From a virus (taxonomy: Duplodnaviria > Heunggongvirae > Uroviricota > Caudoviricetes), in the IMG/VR virus record IMGVR_UViG_2531839144_000012, positions 1-26,287 of that record: a stretch of 26,287 bases of DNA; one strand, given 5' to 3'. Below, piece after piece: positions 19,790-26,287 of this stretch (positions within the stretch are counted from its first letter, which is position 1; the number at the start of each line of letters is the position of its first letter). The position numbers and the translations under genes are program-made. The notes beneath the pieces were generated by a model. The model ran no database searches. It was not told the origin of the DNA and saw only the letters and a program-made list of their open reading frames with translations.

Positions 19790-21008
19790 TGGCGTTATCC
19801 TTCTGCTTACCGGCTTTACTGCCATCGGAGGGTTTCGTGGTCATGTTCATCGGTGTGAGATAGACATCACCACCGGGACGCGGATTCATATCTTCCAGGT
19901 CGCGGCAGTCATTGGGAGAGTAAATTCCCCAGTTGATCCCGGTGGCGTAGGCTTCAAAACGGGACTTCATATCCCCGCGCAGTAACGCCCCGGCGTTAAA
20001 TTTGGCGTAATAAACGCCCTGCTTACTTTTTCGTACCAGTCCGGTGTTGATCCGCTGTTCGATGCGGGTCAGATACGGCACCAGTGAATAGTTGATAAAT
20101 CCCAGCCCCAGCTCTTCGATATTGTTGAAGGTGGCGCGATCGGTGTTCTGCACCATGTGCAACGGCACCCGGAACAGACGACAGATTTCTTCAAGCTGAA
20201 ACTTGCGGGTTTCCAGGAACTGGCTGTCCTCGGCGTTCAGCGCCATCGACTTCCAGTCCAGCCCCATCTCAAGGATCATCGGGCGGTGAGCATTGCCAAG
20301 CCCGGTGTGACGCTCCTCAAAATCTTTCTTCAGGCGCTCATAAGCCTGATCTGACAGCGTCTGCTCTGTACGCAACACACCCGACGTCACCGCGCCATTG
20401 CTGAACAGTCTGGCCCCGTGCTCTTCGGTCGCTGCCGCCAGCGATATTGCCTCGCGGGCATAGGCGATGGGATTCAGCCCCACCAGTCCGTCCAGCGTCA
20501 GCGTGCGCACATGCCAGATATCCTCCTGGCTCAGTACATCCGTGGAGCCATCCGGGAATGTGACCTGATAGATCGGCTCCCAGCTACTGTTAAGCTTCGG
20601 TACCACACAGCCGGGATCGACGGGCAGCAGTTCAGCCACTTCGCCAAATGCTTTCACTTTGTAGGCGTAAAAGTTTCCCCGCAGGCACAGACAGGTGACC
20701 ACCAGCTCCCAGAACTCCTGTGGCGTCATATAGCCATTGGGATGCGTGGAGATCAGCTTATGCAGACGTTCGCCAGTGGCTCTCTGCTTCAGGCTGCCGT
20801 TCAGGTGATACAGGTTGCAGGGCAACATCCCGACCGACTCTGCCAGCACCCTGACACAGGAAAAAACCGCCGTCAGTCGCATGGCCCGCTGGCTGCTGAT
20901 CTGCTTTCCGGTATAGGTGTCGTAGGACAACCCGATAGCATCCGCCAGCTCTGCTGGCGTGGTCATCGGTGCGTCACTTTTTCGTTGAAATAATCCCGAA
21001 AAGAACAC
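19767..21008 (-). CDS. Portal protein, HK97 family
   Basis: 413-aa ORF; GTG start at 21008 with GGAGG RBS (alternative ATG at 20966); downstream of large terminase. Confidence 0.85.
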   Translation of the reverse strand: MFFSGLFQRKSDAPMTTPAELADAIGLSYDTYTGKQISSQRAMRLTAVFSCVRVLAESVGMLPCNLYHLNGSLKQRATGERLHKLISTHPNGYMTPQEFWELVVTCLCLRGNFYAYKVKAFGEVAELLPVDPGCVVPKLNSSWEPIYQVTFPDGSTDVLSQEDIWHVRTLTLDGLVGLNPIAYAREAISLAAATEEHGARLFSNGAVTSGVLRTEQTLSDQAYERLKKDFEERHTGLGNAHRPMILEMGLDWKSMALNAEDSQFLETRKFQLEEICRLFRVPLHMVQNTDRATFNNIEELGLGFINYSLVPYLTRIEQRINTGLVRKSKQGVYYAKFNAGALLRGDMKSRFEAYATGINWGIYSPNDCRDLEDMNPRPGGDVYLTPMNMTTKPSDGSKAGKQKDNANADETTS

Positions 21009-21190
21009 TATTTACCTCCGCCGACAGACGACTGTGTACGGTCAAGATATCGCGCCACCAGCCACGACCAGAACAGGCACAACGCCCCGGCAACAACAAA
21101 CCCCGCCGGGGGATAAATCAGCCAGGCACCATACGCCAGCAAAAGCGCCCCCAGCACGCCCACCAGAGGCGCGAGAATCAGCATGATCAT
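21008..21190 (-). CDS. Small hydrophobic (two predicted TM segments) protein between terminase and portal
   Basis: 60-aa ORF with GAGG RBS 6 nt upstream of ATG 21190; stop overlaps portal start (TAGTG). Confidence 0.4.
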
Positions 21191-21201
21191 AATTACCTCA
21201 G

Positions 21202-22935
21202 TTAAAGCGAGCGGATCCCATAGGACTCAATGTGGTCAGACAACGTGTCTTCTTTCTCGTACAGCATGGCTCTGCCAACCGCCATAATCAGCGCAACTGC
21301 ACCATCGATTTTGTTTTCCGCCTGCTCTTTGACGGGCTTCACTAAATCATCGTTACCTGGCATGTTTTTGCCGACCACATTGCCGATACACCAGGTCATG
21401 ATGGGATTGCCGTCATGATGAAAGCGTCCCGATTCAATCGCTGCCTCCAGCTCTTTCATCGGGTCGGACATATTGGCGAAGTTCTGGACTATAGTAACGG
21501 GATTCAGGTCTTCATCAGCAAGGTCATGTGACAGCCCGGTCGCTCCGAAAGGGTCGATGGGTGACTCACTGACCGGGCTGATTTTGTTCGCCGCTTTGGC
21601 CTCTTCGAGGATGTAGCGATAATCCACCTCTGCACCATCGGTAACGGTCAGAACGCCCATTTCCACCCATTTCTGAAAGCGTTCGGCTGTCCGGCGATCT
21701 TCATTTTTCTCGACGCTATACACCGTGTCATACGGTACCCAGAAACGCGGGGCCACACTGTAGTAATGCGTTTTACCGTCAATCTCGCGGGTATAAAGTC
21801 GCGCCATGCTGTTCATATCCAGCTTACGCGCCAGGTCAAAGGCCAGAATGCACGGCTGCCCCTCGAACTGCTCAAGAGTCAGTGATTTATCCTCGCAGCT
21901 CTGCCAGCTCACCAGGTTGAAATACGCCGAACGCGCCGACACCCAGATATTGAGGTGTTTTGTTTTAAAGACGTTTGCCAGACGGGCGTTATTTTTCGCA
22001 CGCTGCTGCTGACTTAACAAAAATTCGCGATAAACCGACACGCCAATATTTGGATTGGCTTTTTCCAGCACCTGCGGGTCGGTCCAGTCGTCACCTTCAT
22101 CAACGGTATAGATGATCCCGAACAGTTCATCGTTAGGCACCGAGCCGTTGAGCATCTCGATGACTTCCCGCCGTTTGTCGTAGCACGGCCCCTCAATGTT
22201 GTACCCGGCGGTGGTGATGGCCCACATCAGTGGCTGACGTCGCGCCCCCATCCCGGTAAGCATTGTGGTATAAAGCGCATCGGTGGCATGCTCGTGATAT
22301 TCATCAACCACGGCACAGTGGGGTGATGAACCATCACCTGGGTTGCCGATCAGCGGTTCAAACCGCGCGCCATCCTCCGGACGGTTCATGTTTGAGGCGT
22401 TAACCTCAATCCCGAAAGCTTCCGTCAGCATGGGTGTGCGTTTACACATCAGTCGCGCCGGGCGAAAGACTTCCCACGCCTGTTTCTCTGTCGTGGCACC
22501 GGAATACACTTCCGCGCCAAACTCGTTATCACAGGCAAAACAATACAGGGCGACACCGGCAGAGATTGCCGATTTGCCGTTCTTACGGGGGATTTCGGTA
22601 TACACCTCACGGAAGCGGCGCAGCCGGGAGCCTTTATTGACCCAGCCAAACGCACAGCAGATCACAAAGAGCTGCCACGGTTCCAGCGTGATGGGCATCC
22701 TCTTGAATGCCCACTCCCCCTTGGTGTGTGGCAACAGCTGAATAAATTTCGCGGCCCGTTCAGCCAGGTCCTTGTCGAAGCGGTAACGAAACGACTTACT
22801 TTTTTCCGCCATCAGGTCATCAAGATGGCGCTGGCAGGCCTGAATCACAAACTGGCAGGCCACAATCTTTCCGCGCACGACATCACGGGCATACTGATTG
22901 GCAGCATTTACGTTGGGGTAAGATTTCCGGCTCAT
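21202..22935 (-). CDS. Terminase large subunit
   Basis: 577-aa ORF with ATPase region (PRKNGKS Walker A-like) and C-terminal nuclease region; ATGA overlap with small subunit stop. Confidence 0.9.
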
Positions 22936-23426
22936 GATTCGATGATTTTCAGAAACGGGTTAGTGGCTTTCTTCTGCCCCGCCAGGCCAATCAGACGCTG
23001 GCGGCTGCTGGGGTCGAGTCCGAGCATTGCCCCCGTGCTGCTCATCTCGGACTCCTGTTCTTTCTTGGCGGTCAGCTCCGGATTTTTGACCATACCGCCC
23101 ATTGCACCGGTGATGGTGTTGCCCTGTCTGGCAATATTTTTCACGGCACGTCGCCAGAACTCATAGGCCACGCACCACCGCTCAAGTACCGCTAGGTCAG
23201 TCACGCACAGCAGGCCCTGACCGCAGAGTTCTTTGGTTGTCAGTTGCCACATGATCGTGGCGAGAGGGAGATCCTCTTCAGCGAACCACTCCGGTGGCTC
23301 AACACCTTTGATGGGCGTAAAAACAGGTTCATCTTTGTTCAGGGCTCGCTTGCCGGGGTTTCCGGACAGCGCCTTGCGCGCCGTTGGCTTGGGGCGACGC
23401 CCGGAACGCCCCGCCGTTCCAGCCAT
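22932..23426 (-). CDS. Terminase small subunit (P27-like)
   Basis: Start ATG 23426..23424 preceded by AGGAG; basic N-terminus [14 protein letters not shown]; immediately upstream of large terminase. Confidence 0.75.
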   Translation of the reverse strand: MAGTAGRSGRRPKPTARKALSGNPGKRALNKDEPVFTPIKGVEPPEWFAEEDLPLATIMWQLTTKELCGQGLLCVTDLAVLERWCVAYEFWRRAVKNIARQGNTITGAMGGMVKNPELTAKKEQESEMSSTGAMLGLDPSSRQRLIGLAGQKKATNPFLKIIES

Positions 23427-23464
23427 ATGCGGCACTCCTGGTTAAATTTCATTTTTCGCGGGTA

Positions 23465-23525
23465 TAAAAAAACGATGGGGCGGGCAGTCCGGAAGACGTC
23501 AGGTCACAGAGATTTGACCCGCCCC
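23465..23525 (-). terminator. GC-rich stem (GGGGCGGG...CCCGCCCC) with T7 tract on minus strand between HNH and terminase small subunit; candidate terminator and/or part of cos region
   Basis: 8-bp G/C stem with inner GGTCA/TGACC pairing and run of 7 T on minus strand seen directly. Confidence 0.35.
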
Positions 23526-23551
23526 TCCCCTCAGACAGTTGAGAATTATTA

Positions 23552-23902
23552 TCACTTTAGCCGTTCACGGGCCGTCTTCGCCTTATGACACGGCCAGCAC
23601 AAACTCTGCAGATTGCAGTCAGCATCAGTGCCGCCATGCGCTTTAGGGATAATGTGGTCAACGGTTTTCGCCTCACGCACCACACCGGCACGCAGGCACA
23701 ACTGGCACAGGCCTTTGTCACGCTTCAGCACACGCGCGCGGATAACGTCCCACTTCGAACCATAACCGCGCTGGTGTCGGGACTGTCCAGGTTTGTACTG
23801 CTTCCAGCCTTCGCTTTTGTGGCTTTCGCAGTAGCCTGACGGGTCTGTGGTTGTAGAGCGGCAGCCGCGAACACGGCAGGCTTTTGGGGTTCGTGAGGGC
23901 AT
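23552..23902 (-). CDS. HNH endonuclease (terminase-associated)
   Basis: 116-aa Cys/His-rich protein with DHIIPKAHGG and CWPCH motifs; placed immediately upstream of terminase genes as in HK97-like phages. Confidence 0.8.
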   Translation of the reverse strand: MPSRTPKACRVRGCRSTTTDPSGYCESHKSEGWKQYKPGQSRHQRGYGSKWDVIRARVLKRDKGLCQLCLRAGVVREAKTVDHIIPKAHGGTDADCNLQSLCWPCHKAKTARERLK

Positions 23903-24077
23903 TGCATAATACTCTTGGTTGGTTCACGTGCGATATGTGGCATCCTTTTCAGGATCGAAGCGTACTCCACTACGGTTTTGCCATAAAAACCTCAGGATTT
24001 TTTTGTTAGACAAATCGATAGTAAACGTTCAAATTTACAAGATATTAGCAACAAAATAGCCTCTACAAGGAATCAAT

Positions 24078-24626
24078 ATGTTTGATTTTACTCATTTTGA
24101 AGAGTTGACTTTAGCATCACATCAACCCGATAGAATAATGACTATAGTTCGGTCCCAAGATGACATTGGTATCTATCTCCGCACTCACCTTTTGATTGAA
24201 CAAATCTTGGAAGCTTGGATTATCTGTGCCTCTGGTAACAGGGATTTCTTCAGCGGTTTTGGCGAAAATATCAACATGGATTTTGCCATTAAAGCTCAGC
24301 TTGCGATGAACTATGGTATGAGCTCAGAGCTAAACAAATTTATTCGAAGGTTCAACAACTTCAGAAACAAACGTTCACATCAAATTAACAACTCTGACAT
24401 CACTAACAGTGAGATTGACTCCTTAACAAGTCTAATGGAGCACGGTTACCCTGATAGCTTGACCCCCATTAGAGATTTTAAGCTTGGGGTTTACGGAGCA
24501 GAAACTAGGGTTGTAAGTTTCACGGGATCCTCTACAAGCTTACGCGATAAGCTCATTATGTTATTCGCTATGTTTTCCATGAGGGTACATTACGAAGCAA
24601 AATGCTTAAGCACGCCACAGAGCTAG
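24078..24626 (+). CDS. Hypothetical protein with Rx4H (HEPN-like) motif; first gene of AT-rich two-gene insert
   Basis: 182-aa ORF with AAGGA RBS; motif FRNKRSHQ; opposite strand to flanking phage late genes; AT-rich. Confidence 0.55.
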   Translation: MFDFTHFEELTLASHQPDRIMTIVRSQDDIGIYLRTHLLIEQILEAWIICASGNRDFFSGFGENINMDFAIKAQLAMNYGMSSELNKFIRRFNNFRNKRSHQINNSDITNSEIDSLTSLMEHGYPDSLTPIRDFKLGVYGAETRVVSFTGSSTSLRDKLIMLFAMFSMRVHYEAKCLSTPQS

Positions 24627-24704
24627 GCTCTACTTTGATGCTCTAATAACATTCGATTATTTGCATTTCCTGTTGCATTAGCGACCTGCCATTGAGGAGT
24701 AAAA

Positions 24705-25265
24705 ATGATCCATACGGTACATTTTTTGACAGATGTTACAGTTGCCTCTGTAACTAATCTGATGGATGTCTGCTTAAAAGCAGTTTCAAATACTAATCAA
24801 CCAGCAACAGAAATTAAGCTCTATATTTCCAGCAAAGGTGGAGATACAGTTTCAGGCTTTACTGCTTACAATTTTTTAAAGTCACTTGGTGTAAAGGTTA
24901 CTACGCATAACCTCAGTAATGTTGAATCAATCGCAAACGTGATCTATATGGCTGGAGAAGTGCGAACTGCCAACCCACTTTCTCGCTTCCTTCTTCACCC
25001 ACTGCATTGGGGGTTCGCCGCACCCAGCGCAGATCACCTACGATTGAGAGAATGGGCTTCATGCCTCGATGACGATCTAAATCGATTTATTCAAATCATG
25101 GATATTGAAACAAAAAAGAAAAATCCAAGTGAGATTGCTGATTGGAAGGATTTGATCACTTCGGCAACCATCCTTCATCCCGGAAGGGCCTCCGAGTTGG
25201 GAATTGTTCATCAAGTCGAGGCTGCAACCATACCCACGGAATCGATCCGCTGGTGGGTACTTTAA
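24705..25265 (+). CDS. ClpP-family (S14-like) serine protease homologue, short form
   Basis: 186 aa; aligns by eye to E. coli ClpP core: IKLYISSKGG vs IYLYINSPGG, Ser in NVESI vs QAASM, His in LLHP vs MIHQP, Asp in KDL vs RDRF; GAGGAG RBS. Confidence 0.65.
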   Translation: MIHTVHFLTDVTVASVTNLMDVCLKAVSNTNQPATEIKLYISSKGGDTVSGFTAYNFLKSLGVKVTTHNLSNVESIANVIYMAGEVRTANPLSRFLLHPLHWGFAAPSADHLRLREWASCLDDDLNRFIQIMDIETKKKNPSEIADWKDLITSATILHPGRASELGIVHQVEAATIPTESIRWWVL

Positions 25266-25286
25266 AATCATAATATTCACCATAAT

Positions 25287-25313
25287 GCGGGCTTAGAAGC
25301 CCGCTCTTTTTTT
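25287..25313 (+). terminator. Rho-independent terminator (GCGGGC-TTAGAA-GCCCGC + TCTTTTTTT) between convergent ClpP-like and Rz1 genes
   Basis: Perfect GC-rich stem and 7-T run seen directly; Rz1 stop codon lies in the loop. Confidence 0.6.
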
Positions 25314-25550
25314 CTCAGCCTGCCTGATATCAGCCTTATCCCGATTGCACTGGCCAAGTGCCGATAGCAGACTGACATTTAAATTAAGACTATTACCCCA
25401 TGTCATATTATCCGGAATGTCAGGATAAGGCGTTTCAGCCGTCAGGGTGGCTGGTAACGGAACCACCGGAATGCTCACGTAAACTGTTCGCGTACTTCCG
25501 CAACCGGTCAGCAGCGGCAGCAGGCACATGACGTGAAGCACAATCATCAT
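25293..25550 (-). CDS. Rz1: o-spanin (Rz1-like outer membrane lipoprotein), overlapping Rz
   Basis: Start at tandem ATGs 25550/25547; signal peptide with lipobox LLTGC; Pro-rich mature region; begins in the +1 frame inside Rz and extends past it. Confidence 0.6.
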   Translation of the reverse strand: MMIVLHVMCLLPLLTGCGSTRTVYVSIPVVPLPATLTAETPYPDIPDNMTWGNSLNLNVSLLSALGQCNRDKADIRQAEKKRAGF

Positions 25551-25827
25551 CCGCAACAGCCACTTTGATATCTTCCTGGGTTCTCTGTGACTCCAGTGTG
25601 ATCTGCTGTTTTGCATGCTGGTTAGCCTCCAGAACTGTATTGACGATTTGCAGTGATTGCAGGACGTTATTGGTAATGACAGTTGCCGATTTGGCATTTT
25701 GTACAGCCTCATCAGCACGTTTCTTTTCGTGCTGATATTTGCTGTAGTAGTGGTTGGCAGACCAGATGAAAGAACCGATGACAGTAAAGAAGAATGCAGC
25801 GATAACCAGCTTATAGCTCAACTTCAT
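25435..25827 (-). CDS. Rz: i-spanin (Rz-like)
   Basis: 130-aa protein with N-terminal TM helix and coiled-coil-like periplasmic domain; immediately downstream of endolysin. Confidence 0.7.
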   Translation of the reverse strand: MKLSYKLVIAAFFFTVIGSFIWSANHYYSKYQHEKKRADEAVQNAKSATVITNNVLQSLQIVNTVLEANQHAKQQITLESQRTQEDIKVAVADDDCASRHVPAAAADRLRKYANSLREHSGGSVTSHPDG

Positions 25828-26287
25828 TTACCACCCCACCAGCCTCTTTAAACCGGGAAATCAGGTCACTGATTTTATGTTCATACTGACCATAACCTGC
25901 ACCAGGTAACGACGCCCAGATATTGCTGCAACGATCGATAGCCTGACGGATATCACCGCGATCAATCATCGGTAAAGCGCCACGTTCTTTAATCTGCTGC
26001 AATGCCACTGCGTCCTGGCTTTTGGGGGAGAAGTCTTTCAGGCCAAGCTGCTTACGGTAAGCATCCCACCAGCGTGAAAGAAGCTGATAACGTCCGGCTG
26101 CTGTTGATTTGAGTTTGGGGTTTAGCGTGACAAGCTTGCGAGGGTGATCGGAGTAATCAGTGAAGAGTTCTCCACCGACAATAACATCATAACCGTGGTT
26201 ACGTGTCGGTTGTCGCCCGTTATCCGTTCCTTCTGACCATGCCACCATATCGAGGAAAGCTTTACGCTGAGGATTAAGATTTTGCAT
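25811..26287 (-). CDS. R: Endolysin, lambda R-like lytic transglycosylase
   Basis: 158-aa translation near-identical along most of its length to my recollection of lambda R (QRKAFLDM.AWSEGTDNGRQ.TRNHGYDVIVGGELFTDYSDHPRKLV...); ATG is the last three bases of the window. Confidence 0.9.
   Translation of the reverse strand: MQNLNPQRKAFLDMVAWSEGTDNGRQPTRNHGYDVIVGGELFTDYSDHPRKLVTLNPKLKSTAAGRYQLLSRWWDAYRKQLGLKDFSPKSQDAVALQQIKERGALPMIDRGDIRQAIDRCSNIWASLPGAGYGQYEHKISDLISRFKEAGGVVNEVEL

Noticed and set aside
23718-23970. Two overlapping minus-strand ORFs (69 and 81 aa)
   Set aside because: Alternative frames over the HNH endonuclease gene and its upstream region; HNH frame has the clear Cys/His motifs.

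Overview
This window looks like the late and accessory portion of a temperate, lambda-organised phage or prophage of an enterobacterial host, read mostly on the minus strand. From high to low coordinates it runs: lysis genes (lambda R-like endolysin, overlapping Rz/Rz1 spanins), an AT-rich two-gene insert on the opposite strand, HNH endonuclease, small and large terminase, HK97-type portal, prohead protease and major capsid, head-tail joining genes, a complete Mu-like contractile tail and baseplate module, tail fibre and assembly chaperone. A 4.5 kb cargo island follows (acyltransferase-3 membrane protein, GIY-YIG-like protein, XRE/cupin regulator, GNAT acetyltransferase), then a 46-nt tRNA-Thr-like 3' fragment (att core) and the N-terminus of a P4-type integrase that runs off the window start. 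The HK97-head/Mu-tail mosaic with O-antigen-modification-type cargo next to att/int resembles SfV/Sf6-type serotype-converting phages. The strongest candidate for an undescribed system is the two-gene insert at 24078-25265: a protein with an Rx4H (HEPN-like) motif followed by a short ClpP-family serine protease homologue that appears to retain the Ser-His-Asp triad. Second is the GIY-YIG-like gene flanked by two homologous hairpins with compensatory stem changes. No CRISPR array, rRNA, intact tRNA or IS element was seen. All protein calls rest on reading the supplied translations and motif recall, not database searches.
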